DNA from: Salinisphaera sp. Q1T1-3
GTDB taxonomy: Bacteria > Pseudomonadota > Gammaproteobacteria > Nevskiales > Salinisphaeraceae
Direction of reading: 5' to 3'
Assembly (NCBI RefSeq): GCF_003602005.1
Contig: NZ_QZWD01000001.1
Coordinates: forward strand, 176,641-208,640
Length of the DNA stretch: 32,000 nt
The notes beneath the pieces are model-generated. The model made no database searches. It had not been told where the DNA came from and saw nothing but the letters and a program-made list of their open reading frames with translations. Position 1 is the stretch's first letter. Each line of letters begins with the position of its first letter. The position numbers were made by a program, and so were the translations under genes. Below are positions 18,263-26,993 of this stretch, piece after piece.

Positions 18263-19285
18263 ATGACCCGCTCCCCGCGTCCAGTCGCACAATCCGCCGC
18301 CGGCCACTTCTTTCGTGGCCGTATCACAGCCTGTGTCTGCCTTGTTCTGGCGCTTTTGGTCGGGTGGTCGAGCGCCATGGCGGCGAGCAGCCCGGATGTG
18401 GTGCGCATCGGTTACCAGAAAGGCAGCATTCTCACGCTGCTCAAGGCGCGAGGCACACTCGACGCCACCTTGAAAAAACGCGGTATCGACGTGCGCTGGG
18501 TGGAATTCGCGGCCGGCCCGCAGATGCTCGAGGCCATAAACGTCGGCAGTATCGACTTTGCCACGGTCGGCGATGCGCCGCCGATATTTGCGCAGGCCGC
18601 CGGCGCCGATCTGGTCTATATCTCGCGGACACCCGCCAATCCGCAAACGGAGGCGATTCTGCTGCCGCCGGACTCGTCGATTCACTCGATTGCCGACCTG
18701 AAAGGCCGGCGCATCGCACTGAACAAGGGCTCGGACGTGAATTATCTGGTAGCGGCAGCGCTTGAACGGGCTGGGCTTAAGTACAGCGATATCAAGCCAC
18801 GCTACCTCACGCCGAGCGACGCCCGTGCAGCGTTCGGTCGAGGCGATATCGATGCCTGGGCAGTCTGGGATCCGTACTACGCCGAGGCCCAGGCCAACGC
18901 CGGCGCGCGCGTCCTGACCGATGCACAGGACATCGTGCCGCATTACAGTTTCTATCTGTCGTCCCGGACGTTTGCCGAGCGACATCCCGATATCGTGACG
19001 CTGTTCAACCACGACGTGGCGGATCTGTGTCAGTGGACGCCGCGCCATGCAATGCAGGCGGCCGATATCCTGTCGCGCGCCACGGGGTTATCCCCGGCCG
19101 TCTGGCGAAAGACGATTGCACGCCACGATTACGGACTCGAACCGATGAGTCCATCCGTCTTCAAGGCACAACAGAAACTGGCGGACACCTTCTACGACAT
19201 CGGACTGATTCCGAAGCCCGTTACGGTGGCCGCCGCGCGCTGGCAGCCGACAAACAAATCCCGGATCGAATCGACGAATGAGTGA
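18263..19285 (+). CDS. ssuA: Second, intact sulfonate-binding periplasmic protein (SsuA paralog)
   Basis: Starts MTRSPRPVAQSAAGHFFRGRITACVCLVLALLVGWSSAMA (signal peptide), then DVVRIGYQKGSILTLLKARG...IDAWAVWDPYY. The ORF-track extension to 17837 overlaps ssuD in another frame. Confidence 0.85.
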   Translation: MTRSPRPVAQSAAGHFFRGRITACVCLVLALLVGWSSAMAASSPDVVRIGYQKGSILTLLKARGTLDATLKKRGIDVRWVEFAAGPQMLEAINVGSIDFATVGDAPPIFAQAAGADLVYISRTPANPQTEAILLPPDSSIHSIADLKGRRIALNKGSDVNYLVAAALERAGLKYSDIKPRYLTPSDARAAFGRGDIDAWAVWDPYYAEAQANAGARVLTDAQDIVPHYSFYLSSRTFAERHPDIVTLFNHDVADLCQWTPRHAMQAADILSRATGLSPAVWRKTIARHDYGLEPMSPSVFKAQQKLADTFYDIGLIPKPVTVAAARWQPTNKSRIESTNE

Positions 19286-19316
19286 TTCAGTCGTCGATCA
19301 CTGCTGTAATATGCCG

Positions 19317-19348
19317 ATCCCGATATAAGCCTAACTTCATATCGGGAT
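19317..19348 (+). terminator. Perfect 10-bp stem hairpin downstream of the ssu operon (no U-tract)
   Basis: ATCCCGATAT (19317-19326), a 12-nt loop, then ATATCGGGAT (19339-19348). Confidence 0.35.
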
Positions 19349-19516
19349 GCGCATATGGGAATGGACGAGTCCTGACCGCGGGCTCGGTTTCTGGGTAATC
19401 GCGCGCGATCAAGCCGGGGGATCGGTATCCGCCGAACGTTCAAAACCATTGAAAACGCACGTTCACAGCGTACGCGGGTTGGCGTGCGCGGAATGAATCA
19501 ACAGGGAGTCCGATAC

Positions 19517-21079
19517 ATGATCAAGATCCACCGGCCGGGGTGCCTGCTGCTTGCCGGCACTGCAGGCCTCGGCATCGCGATGAGCCAGACGGCGATTGCC
19601 GCGAACGAGCCCAGCAATGCCGATCTCGCCAGACTGGTACAGCAACAGGCTGCCCAGATCCAGCAGCTCAAGCAACGCCTGCAGGCCGTTGAGCAACAGG
19701 AAAAAACAAGTCGCCAGACGTCGGTCGCAGCGACCTCGCGCCCGGTCAGTGCGAGCGATTCGCGCAAGAACGCACCGTCCGTGCCGGACGGCCAGGCCGC
19801 CAAACCGGCGGCATCGGAAGGCAACGACGCCGGAAATGCAACGCTGTCCAAACGCGTCGCGGCCCTCGAATCACAGGGTCTCAAGGTCGACTGGTCGGAT
19901 GGCGCGCCGGAATTCTCGAGCGCGGACGGGCAGTACAGCTTCGGCATCGGCGGCCGGGTCCAGTACGACTTCTCCACGACGAGCGGCTCCCGCTACGACG
20001 GCGCAGGCGACGAGGCCAACCTGAATTCGCGCAACATCACCGGCACTGAATTCCGTCGTGTGCGTCTGGATGCCCACGGCCAGATCACCGACCCGATCCT
20101 CTACAAGGTCGAACTCGATTTCGCCGGCAACGACGTCACGTTGCGTGATGCCTATCTGGCTGCGCAGAAGAAATTCGCACTGGGCAAGGGCACCATCTAT
20201 CTCGGCAACAAGCGCGCCGATCTGGGGCTCGATGCGGGCACATCCTCGAAATGGACCTGGTTCACCGAACGCAACACGGTGGCCAACGCCATTCTCTCGG
20301 AGGCCGGCACCTACAACACCGGCGCCTTCGGCTCGTTCAACGGCCATGATTGGCATTATTCGCTGGGCGTCACCAAGGGCGGCACAAGCACATCCAACCG
20401 CGCGTCCAACAATTTCGAGATCGCCAGCCGTGCCCACTGGGATCCGATCGATACCGGCAACACCATCGTCCATCTGGGCGTGAACGGTTTCTATGAGGAT
20501 ATCGATCGCGAACGCCAGGATCGCATCGCCAGCAACGAGATCATCGCCGGGCATTACAACGGCAACCTGCGCGTGGCCAGCGCCGCCGTCGACGATCCGA
20601 AAAGCAGTCATGCGTTCGGTTTCGAGCTGGCCGGGCTGACCGGGCCGTTCGCGGCGGGCGCAGAGTGGGGACGGCGCGACATCGAATCCCGTAATGGCCC
20701 GGGCACGCACTACACGGCTTATGCGGGCCAGGTCGGTTATTCACTCACTGGTGAAGCCTTCGGTTACTCGACGAGTCAGGGCGTCTGGACACATCCGGAT
20801 GTCGCGCATCCGGTCGGCCAGGGCGGTTGGGGCGCCTGGCAGCTCGTCGCACGCTATCAGGCGCTGGATTTTCAGAACAGCGGCCAGTATCGCGGCGGGA
20901 CCGGGCACGCGACGAGCGTCGGCCTGGACTGGTATCTCAACGATTGGGTCCGCGGCATTCTCGACTATAGCCGCTGGCAGACGAACAACCGTATACCGCT
21001 CGCCGGCACGCCGGACGACGGCTATTACGGCGCCGATGACGGGAACACGGTCAACGCGCGGGCACAGATCGTGTTCTGA
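19517..21079 (+). CDS. OprO/OprP-family (phosphate-selective porin O and P type) anion porin
   Basis: AGGGAG lies 8 nt upstream of ATG 19517. Signal peptide MIKIHRPGCLLLAGTAGLGIAMSQTAIA, then a coiled-coil-like QQQAAQIQQLKQRLQAVEQQ. Beta-barrel blocks FGIGGRVQYDF, FRRVRLDAHGQI..YKVELDFAGN.VTLRDAYL, and a C-terminal ...NARAQIVF. Confidence 0.8.
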   Translation: MIKIHRPGCLLLAGTAGLGIAMSQTAIAANEPSNADLARLVQQQAAQIQQLKQRLQAVEQQEKTSRQTSVAATSRPVSASDSRKNAPSVPDGQAAKPAASEGNDAGNATLSKRVAALESQGLKVDWSDGAPEFSSADGQYSFGIGGRVQYDFSTTSGSRYDGAGDEANLNSRNITGTEFRRVRLDAHGQITDPILYKVELDFAGNDVTLRDAYLAAQKKFALGKGTIYLGNKRADLGLDAGTSSKWTWFTERNTVANAILSEAGTYNTGAFGSFNGHDWHYSLGVTKGGTSTSNRASNNFEIASRAHWDPIDTGNTIVHLGVNGFYEDIDRERQDRIASNEIIAGHYNGNLRVASAAVDDPKSSHAFGFELAGLTGPFAAGAEWGRRDIESRNGPGTHYTAYAGQVGYSLTGEAFGYSTSQGVWTHPDVAHPVGQGGWGAWQLVARYQALDFQNSGQYRGGTGHATSVGLDWYLNDWVRGILDYSRWQTNNRIPLAGTPDDGYYGADDGNTVNARAQIVF

Positions 21080-21101
21080 CGCCGATACGGCCTGGTTGCG
21101 A

Positions 21102-21136
21102 AAGCCTTCGCGGTCCACTCTCGCGGGGGCTTTTTT
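21102..21136 (+). terminator. Rho-independent terminator after the porin gene
   Basis: AAGCCTTCGCG (21102-21112), a 9-nt loop, CGCGGGGGCTT (21122-21132, with two G:U pairs), then a T-run. Confidence 0.65.
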
Positions 21137-21313
21137 CGTCGACCGCCCCACCCACGGCATAGTCGAATTCACGAATAGCAAATCGACAAATCATATTTCT
21201 GGATTCAATACCGTTTGGTTATTTTCGTCGGCAACTAAATAACCGAATGTGAATCTCCGCCCGATAAGCGGTCAGCATTCGGTTGATGTCTCGATATAAC
21301 GAATGGTGTTTTG

Positions 21314-22324
21314 ATGCCCACGCGTATTCTGAAGAACCTCGGTGTTCTGTCGTTCGTCACGCTGGCCGGCGTGGCGTCTCTGCCGGCGCAGGCCGCCGAC
21401 CAGAACCTGCTCAATGTCTCGTTCAGCGTGACCCGACAGGTCTTCCAGGCCTATGACCCGGTGTTCGCCAAATACTGGAAGCAAAAAACCGGCCACACAG
21501 TCGACATTCACGATTCCTACGGGGGCTCCGGCAGTCAGTCTCGGGCTGTGATCGCCGGTCTTGATGCCGATGTGGTCACCCTGTCGGCGGCCGCCGACAT
21601 CAACGCCATCGCCGACAAAACCGGCCTGATCGCGAAGGACTGGCGCACACGGCTGCCCAATGACAGCTCGCCGTATTACACGCCGGCCGTGTTCCTCGTG
21701 CGCAAGGGTAATCCGAATATTCATGGTTGGGCGGACCTGACCCACAAGGGCGTTCAGGTGATCACGGCCAATCCGAAGACGTCGGGCGCGGCCCGCTGGA
21801 ACTTTCTTGCCGCCTGGGAATGGGCCGCGAGAAAAGGCGGAGACGAGGCCGCGAAAAAATACGTCACCCAGCTCTACAAGAACGTGCCGATGCTGCCGGC
21901 CAGCGGACGCAAGGCGACCACCGCATTCACACGTGGCGGTACGGGCGACGTGATGATCACGTACGAGTACGAAGCCAAACTCGCCCAGAAGAATTTTCCG
22001 GGCAAGGACTTCCAGATCGTGTATCCGAAATACACGATCAGCATCCAGCCGCCGGTCGCCGTCGTCGACAAGACCGCCAGACAACACGGCACGACCGAAC
22101 TCGCCCAGGCCTATCTGAAGCATCTCTGGAGCGATGAAGGGCAGCAGATCATCGCCGACAATGACCTGCGTCCGCGTAACGAAAAGATTCTGGCGGCCCA
22201 CGCCAAGGACTATCCGAAGGTCGAGACATTCACCGTGCCGGAAAAGTTCGGTAGCTGGCGTCAGGCCCAGAAACGGTTCTTCGACGAAGGCGCGATCTTC
22301 GATCAGATCTATCGCGCCCCGTGA
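21314..22324 (+). CDS. Sulfate/thiosulfate-binding periplasmic protein (Sbp/CysP)
   Basis: Signal peptide then LLNVSFSVTRQVFQAYDPVFAKYWKQKTGHTVDIHDSYGGSGSQSRAVIAGLDADVVTLS...YTPAVFLVRKGNP, which are typical Sbp/CysP blocks. The track start is TTG 21311, and ATG 21314 is more likely. Confidence 0.9.
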   Translation: MPTRILKNLGVLSFVTLAGVASLPAQAADQNLLNVSFSVTRQVFQAYDPVFAKYWKQKTGHTVDIHDSYGGSGSQSRAVIAGLDADVVTLSAAADINAIADKTGLIAKDWRTRLPNDSSPYYTPAVFLVRKGNPNIHGWADLTHKGVQVITANPKTSGAARWNFLAAWEWAARKGGDEAAKKYVTQLYKNVPMLPASGRKATTAFTRGGTGDVMITYEYEAKLAQKNFPGKDFQIVYPKYTISIQPPVAVVDKTARQHGTTELAQAYLKHLWSDEGQQIIADNDLRPRNEKILAAHAKDYPKVETFTVPEKFGSWRQAQKRFFDEGAIFDQIYRAP

Positions 22325-22337
22325 TCATCGATAACGG
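22325..22337. promoter_or_regulatory. Second copy of the ATCGATAACGG motif, in the 22-bp sbp-cysT spacer
   Basis: TCATCGATAACGGATC. The 11-mer ATCGATAACGG (22327-22337) is identical to 14233-14243, and 9 of 10 positions match the TTATCGATAA palindrome. Confidence 0.3.
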
Positions 22338-22346
22338 ATCGTTCTG

Positions 22347-23183
22347 ATGGCCATTCTGCTACGACGAGGCAATCCGTTGCCGGGTTTTGTTCCGGCAACG
22401 AGCCTGACCCTGATCTATCTCAGTCTGCTGGTGCTCATCCCGCTCGCCGCTGTCGTGCTGCGAGCCGCCGGTCTGAGCGGCGCTGAATTCTGGCGCGTGA
22501 TCACCTCACCCGAGGCCATGGCGTCCTATCGCCTGACTTTCGGCGCTGCATTCACGGCCGCCGCCCTGAATGCGGTGTTCGGGTTCATCGTGGCCTGGGT
22601 ACTGGTGCGTTATTCGTTTCCGCTACGCCGCGTGCTCGATGCCCTGATCGATCTGCCGTTCGCCTTGCCCACGGCTGTCGCGGGCATCGCCCTGGCAGCG
22701 CTCTACGGCAGCAACGGGTGGTTCGGCAAATCGCTGGCAATGCTCGGCATTCAGGTCGCTTATACGCCGGTCGGCGTGTTCATTGCCCTCATCTTCGTTG
22801 GCCTGCCGTTCGTGGTGCGCACGGTCCAGCCGGTCATCCAAGAGCTCGAGACCGAACAGGAAGAAGCGGCCGGCAGCCTGGGCGGGACCCGCTGGCAAGT
22901 CTTTCGTCGTGTCATCCTGCCGGCGCTCTGGCCGGCGGTCGTTACCGGTTTCACGCTGGCGCTGGCCCGTGGCATCGGCGAATACGGCTCGGTGATCTTC
23001 ATTGCCGGCAACGTCCCGGGCGTGTCACAGATCACGCCGTTCGTCATCTTCACCCGGCTCGAGGAGTTCGATTATCCGGCCGCGAGTGCGATTGCGGTCA
23101 CGTTGCTGGCGATCTCGTTGCTTCTCCTGCTCACGATCAACGGTCTGCAACAATGGCGCGCTCGCCGCGAGGGACGGGGATGA
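22347..23183 (+). CDS. cysT: Sulfate ABC transporter permease CysT (CysU)
   Basis: 278 aa with 6 TM helices and EAA loop EEAAGSLGGTRWQVFRRVILPALWP. Follows sbp/cysP. Confidence 0.9.
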   Translation: MAILLRRGNPLPGFVPATSLTLIYLSLLVLIPLAAVVLRAAGLSGAEFWRVITSPEAMASYRLTFGAAFTAAALNAVFGFIVAWVLVRYSFPLRRVLDALIDLPFALPTAVAGIALAALYGSNGWFGKSLAMLGIQVAYTPVGVFIALIFVGLPFVVRTVQPVIQELETEQEEAAGSLGGTRWQVFRRVILPALWPAVVTGFTLALARGIGEYGSVIFIAGNVPGVSQITPFVIFTRLEEFDYPAASAIAVTLLAISLLLLLTINGLQQWRARREGRG

Positions 23184-24094
23184 TGGCTGATATCACGGCC
23201 AACGCCGGGCGCGTCGTACCGGCCTCCGGCAATACGCGCGTGGCCCACCGGGCCGCTGCCGATGAGCCGATCTGGGTGCGCCGATCACTGATCGGCCTCG
23301 TATTCGTCTTTCTGGGGGTATTTCTCGTCGTGCCTCTGGCCATCGTGCTTTCCAGTGCGCTGTCTCAGGGCTGGGCGCTCTATGCCCGGGCGGTGACCGA
23401 TCCGGATACCTGGTCGGCGATCGTCCTGACGCTCTGGGTCGTGGCGATCACCGTGCCGCTGAACACGCTGTTCGGCATCGCGGCGGCCTGGGCGATCGCC
23501 CGTTTCGATTTCCGGGGACGCAGCGTGCTCACCTCGCTGATCGATCTGCCGTTCTCGGTCTCGCCGGTGGTTGTCGGGCTGGCCTATGTTCTGGTTTTCG
23601 GCCGCGGCGGCTGGCTCGGTCCATGGCTCGGCGCGCATGACATCCAGATCATATTCGCGATGCCGGGCATGGTGCTCGTGACCATGTTCGTCACGGTGCC
23701 GTTCGTGGCCCGCGAGCTGATCCCGGTACTCGCCGAACGTGGTCAGGAAGAGGAAGAGGGCGCCTTGTCGCTCGGTGCCTCGGGTTGGCAGACGTTCTTC
23801 CGCGTCACGCTGCCGGCCGTGAAATGGGGGCTGTTGTACGGCGTGGTGCTGACCACCGCGCGCGCACTCGGCGAGTACGGCGCCGTGGCGGTCGTCTCGG
23901 GACGCGTTCCCGGCGAAAACGAAACACTCACGCTGCGTGTCGACATGCTCTACGAGAACTACCAGGCCACGGCTGCGTTCGCGGTGGCCTCGCTGCTGGC
24001 GGTGATCGCCCTGATCACGCTCGTGCTCAAGACCTATCTCGGCGACCGCAAGGACAACGCCTGCCCGTTATCGGCCGGCGCGCCGGATTCATAG
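23180..24094 (+). CDS. cysW: Sulfate ABC transporter permease CysW
   Basis: The ATG at 23180 overlaps the cysT stop (ATGA). MMADITANAG..., EAA loop EEGALSLGASGWQTFFRVTLPAVKW. The ORF-track extension to 22718 lies inside cysT. Confidence 0.9.
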   Translation: MMADITANAGRVVPASGNTRVAHRAAADEPIWVRRSLIGLVFVFLGVFLVVPLAIVLSSALSQGWALYARAVTDPDTWSAIVLTLWVVAITVPLNTLFGIAAAWAIARFDFRGRSVLTSLIDLPFSVSPVVVGLAYVLVFGRGGWLGPWLGAHDIQIIFAMPGMVLVTMFVTVPFVARELIPVLAERGQEEEEGALSLGASGWQTFFRVTLPAVKWGLLYGVVLTTARALGEYGAVAVVSGRVPGENETLTLRVDMLYENYQATAAFAVASLLAVIALITLVLKTYLGDRKDNACPLSAGAPDS

Positions 24095-24103
24095 AGACCT
24101 GCA

Positions 24104-25180
24104 ATGAGTATCCAGATATCCAATGTGTCCCGGGCTTTCGGCAATCACCGAGCCCTGGCCGACATCAACCTGCGCATCGAGCCCGGTGAGCTGGTCGCGT
24201 TGCTCGGGCCGTCCGGCTGCGGCAAGACCACGCTGCTACGCATCATCGCCGGACTCGAGCAGCCGGATCAGGGCACGCTCGAACTCGAAGGCCAGGATGT
24301 GGTTTCGCGCCACGTGCGCGATCGCGGCATCGGCTTCGTTTTTCAGCATTACGCGTTATTCCGGCACATGAGCGTGTTCGAGAACGTGGCCTTCGGCCTG
24401 CGCGTTCGGCCACGCCGGACACGCCCGATCGAAACCGAGATCCAGCGGCGTGTGCATGAACTGCTCGAACTCGTGCAGCTGGACTGGCTGGCCGATCGCT
24501 ATCCGCCACAACTCTCCGGCGGGCAGCGTCAGCGCATTGCGCTAGCCCGCGCTCTGGCAGTCGAGCCGCGTGTACTGTTGCTCGACGAACCCTTCGGGGC
24601 GCTGGATGCCAACGTGCGGCGGGATCTGCGACGCTGGCTTGTCCGGCTGCATGACGAGTTGCACGTCACGAGCGTGTTTGTCACGCATGATCAGGAAGAG
24701 GCCATGGAAGTCGCCGATCGGATCGTGGTCATGAACCAGGGTCGGATCGAACAGTACGGCACGCCCGATGAAGTTTATGAAACCCCTGCCACGGCGTTCG
24801 TTTCGCGATTTCTGGGAGATGTGAACCTCTTCCACGGACGGATCGAGCAGGGTCAGTTGCACACGGCAGCCTTCGGCGCCCGGGCGACCGCCACGCCGGC
24901 CGGCGAGGGCGCTTCGGTTCAAGCGCATGTGCGGCCGCACGAGCTGCGCCTGCGACGCGATGCCGGCCCGAATACCGATCTGCTGCCCGTGCGTATCCGC
25001 CGGATTCGCCCCCTTGGCGCTGATGTCCGTATCGAGCTCGATGCCGAAGGCGAAACCGGGCCGATCCAGGTCGTGTTGCCGCGTCACGAATACCGGCAGC
25101 AGGCGTTTTCGGAAGGCGAGCAGGCTTACGTGGAGCCGACACAGCTCCACGTCTTCGACGGCGATCAGAAACGCGCCTGA
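24104..25180 (+). CDS. cysA: Sulfate ABC transporter ATP-binding protein CysA
   Basis: Walker [12 protein letters not shown], signature [15 protein letters not shown], Walker [12 protein letters not shown], and a C-terminal TOBE-like regulatory domain. Confidence 0.9.
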   Translation: MSIQISNVSRAFGNHRALADINLRIEPGELVALLGPSGCGKTTLLRIIAGLEQPDQGTLELEGQDVVSRHVRDRGIGFVFQHYALFRHMSVFENVAFGLRVRPRRTRPIETEIQRRVHELLELVQLDWLADRYPPQLSGGQRQRIALARALAVEPRVLLLDEPFGALDANVRRDLRRWLVRLHDELHVTSVFVTHDQEEAMEVADRIVVMNQGRIEQYGTPDEVYETPATAFVSRFLGDVNLFHGRIEQGQLHTAAFGARATATPAGEGASVQAHVRPHELRLRRDAGPNTDLLPVRIRRIRPLGADVRIELDAEGETGPIQVVLPRHEYRQQAFSEGEQAYVEPTQLHVFDGDQKRA

Positions 25181-25194
25181 ACGCGACGCGCCCC

Positions 25195-25469
25195 AGGGCC
25201 TGTTGATGTTTCGTGCGAGTCCGCGCCCAGTGCGCCCTGAAATTGACGATGGGCGGCAAGACGAGGCGTCGTGCGCGCCGTGCCGCCATGCTGCATCCGC
25301 GGGCTACAACGCTGGATTGCCGTCGTATTCTTGATTTTGGGGCGCTTGTCCCTTCGGGTGGGCCGCCCATGAAAAATCGACGATGGGCGCCCGGCAGCGT
25401 TGCGAGCCTTGCCGGACACACGGCGGTCTCTCGACGAAAAGGCGCTCGAACGAAACCTCACAGGCCCTA
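25195..25469. mobile_element. MITE-like structured intergenic repeat, copy C (inverted relative to A and B)
   Basis: Imperfect ~25-nt terminal inverted repeat: AGGGCCTGTTGATGTTTCGTGCGAG (25195-25219) and CTCGAACGAAACCTCACAGGCCCT (25445-25468). The interior is colinear with the reverse complement of copy B: GGCAAGACGAGGCG vs GGCAAGACAAGGCG, CAACGCTGGATTGC vs CAACGCCGGACTGC, and GCCTTGCCGG vs GCCTTGCCTGGCCGG. Confidence 0.55.
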
Positions 25470-26819
25470 GACTGCCTCGGAACGGAACGAGGCCACGATA
25501 CGACGGACCAGACGATCAACATCAATCGCCAGCTCGGGCACGGCCGTATGTTCCCATACATCGCCCCGCGACCGGACACCCAGCACATGCAATCGCGCGG
25601 CCAACGGCTTCAGCCCGAGCCGGTGCGGGGCGACCGTGGCTCGGCCGGTCGCAAGGAGCTGTCGCAGCAGGGCGGTGTCGGGATGGTTTGGATCGGTAAC
25701 CAACCCCGTACAGTTGACAACCCGGGCCGCGGAGAGCGATGAGCCTTCCGCGCCGGCACGTGGCCGCAACGTGAGCGCCAGCCGATCATCCGGCGCCGGA
25801 TCGCAGGCCAGAAGTCTGGCGGCGACAATCCGCAGCCGGCCACTGGCACGCAGGCGTTCCACGCGACGTGCGACTTCGGGGGCGAGGCGGTGACGACAGA
25901 TATCCCAGTAGGGCCGGGCATGTCGCAGCAACCGCGCGCGTATTCGCGGGTCCAATGCCTGCCAGATGGCATCGGCCTGTGCGCGCAGCTCGTCACTGAC
26001 GCGGCGCCAATCGCCGGTAGTCTGCATTCGGGCCCGCACCGCCTTCATCAGCGCGACCGCCGAATGGAGCGGCCAATCGGAGACGGGCGCCGGTGCGGCT
26101 TGTAGACTGGCGTCGGCGGCAACGGGGGCATGTGCGGCCGGCACCAGGCCGCGTCGCGAGACCGCGATGATGGGGCCGCGATGGCCTTGTCTATCGAGTT
26201 CGATGATGCCGTCCATGGCCGTCTGTCCGGTACCGATCAACACGATGGGATCGTCGCGTTGTGTTGCGGCGACATGCCAGGCCCCCGGCGCCCAGGGATC
26301 GGCGTGATAACCCGGATGGTCGGCGGCATCCCTCATGGCGACCGGTGTACGCGGCCGCTCGGCGCCGACGGCGAGCACGACGTGTCTTGCCCACGGCACC
26401 TGCCCGCTGCGGCATCGCACCTGCCAATACTCGGGCGATGAACCCGGCTCTATCGCCATCGCTTCATCGAGCCGCACCTGCAAGCCGGCGCGTCGGGCAG
26501 CCGCGAGACAATCCGCGAGATAGTGGCGATACCACGCACGCGGCAGGAAGTCCCGATCATCGACGTCGTGGCCGAGACGACGCACGAACTCGACGAATTC
26601 CTGTGGCCGATCAGGGCAGGCTGTCATACGCACGGCCGGCGTGTTGAGCTGATGCATCGGGCCGGGGTGTCGATAGGCCGGCCCGAAGAACGCCTCGCGT
26701 TCCAGGACAAGCACCCGCCGCTGCGGCTGCGCCATGAGCAGCCGTCTCGCGGTCGCGATCCCGCAAAAGCCGCCGCCGATGATGATCACATCGAACTCGT
26801 CTGTCGCTCTCAACGCCAT
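25467..26819 (-). CDS. FAD/NAD(P)-binding oxidoreductase (YdhS-like, NAD_binding_9-type)
   Basis: Dinucleotide fold FDVIIIGGGFCGIATARRLL near the N-terminus and a second Rossmann-like IVLIGTGQTAMDGIIEL. I chose the start at ATG 26819 (MALRATDEF...) because a sigma-54 promoter occupies 26857-26872. The track start is 26930. Confidence 0.65.
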   Translation of the reverse strand: MALRATDEFDVIIIGGGFCGIATARRLLMAQPQRRVLVLEREAFFGPAYRHPGPMHQLNTPAVRMTACPDRPQEFVEFVRRLGHDVDDRDFLPRAWYRHYLADCLAAARRAGLQVRLDEAMAIEPGSSPEYWQVRCRSGQVPWARHVVLAVGAERPRTPVAMRDAADHPGYHADPWAPGAWHVAATQRDDPIVLIGTGQTAMDGIIELDRQGHRGPIIAVSRRGLVPAAHAPVAADASLQAAPAPVSDWPLHSAVALMKAVRARMQTTGDWRRVSDELRAQADAIWQALDPRIRARLLRHARPYWDICRHRLAPEVARRVERLRASGRLRIVAARLLACDPAPDDRLALTLRPRAGAEGSSLSAARVVNCTGLVTDPNHPDTALLRQLLATGRATVAPHRLGLKPLAARLHVLGVRSRGDVWEHTAVPELAIDVDRLVRRIVASFRSEAV

Positions 26820-26856
26820 CAAACGCTGCCCGTCTCGAAAGTTGCAGCGCCCTGAG

Positions 26857-26872
26857 GGCAATATGTGCGCCA
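26857..26872 (-). promoter_or_regulatory. Near-consensus sigma-54 (-24/-12) promoter for the YdhS-like gene
   Basis: The - strand reads TGGCGCACATATTGCC against the consensus TGGCACG-N4-TTGCW. GG and GC are correctly spaced and TTGC is perfect. It lies about 38 nt upstream of ATG 26819 and immediately downstream of a sigma-54 activator gene. Confidence 0.6.
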
Positions 26873-26926
26873 TGTCGAAAACCGCGAAAACACGCGTCGG
26901 CGTGGCGCGAAGCGTCATATAAGACA

Positions 26927-26944
26927 CCATGTGCCGTCACATGG
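26927..26944 (-). terminator. Hairpin between the activator gene and the sigma-54 promoter (weak terminator or protein site)
   Basis: CCATGTG/CACATGG 7-bp stem with a 4-nt loop. On the - strand it is followed by TGTCTTATAT. Confidence 0.35.
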
Positions 26945-26983
26945 GACGCTTCTTGTCATATACGACAGACATGCTGTGGTGCG

Positions 26984-26993
26984 TTATCGATAA
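26984..26993. promoter_or_regulatory. Third copy of the TTATCGATAA palindrome, about 112-121 nt upstream of the sigma-54 -24 element
   Basis: Perfect 10-bp palindrome that overlaps the activator stop codon (TAA on the - strand). The distance suits an enhancer/UAS or another operator. Confidence 0.3.

Noticed and set aside
17837-19285. N-terminally extended ORF-track models: 17837-19285, 22718-24094, 26984-29020, 10350-11996 and 14956-16014
   Set aside because: The extensions overlap the preceding well-supported gene in another frame and are compositionally non-protein-like. Internal starts that overlap the upstream stop codon (ATGA/GTGA), or that precede a signal peptide, fit much better.
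19447-19457. CCATTGAAAA shared between the ssuA2-porin spacer and the flank of repeat copy A (reverse complement of 9383-9392)
   Set aside because: It is a single 10-mer with no extended flanking similarity, which is compatible with chance.
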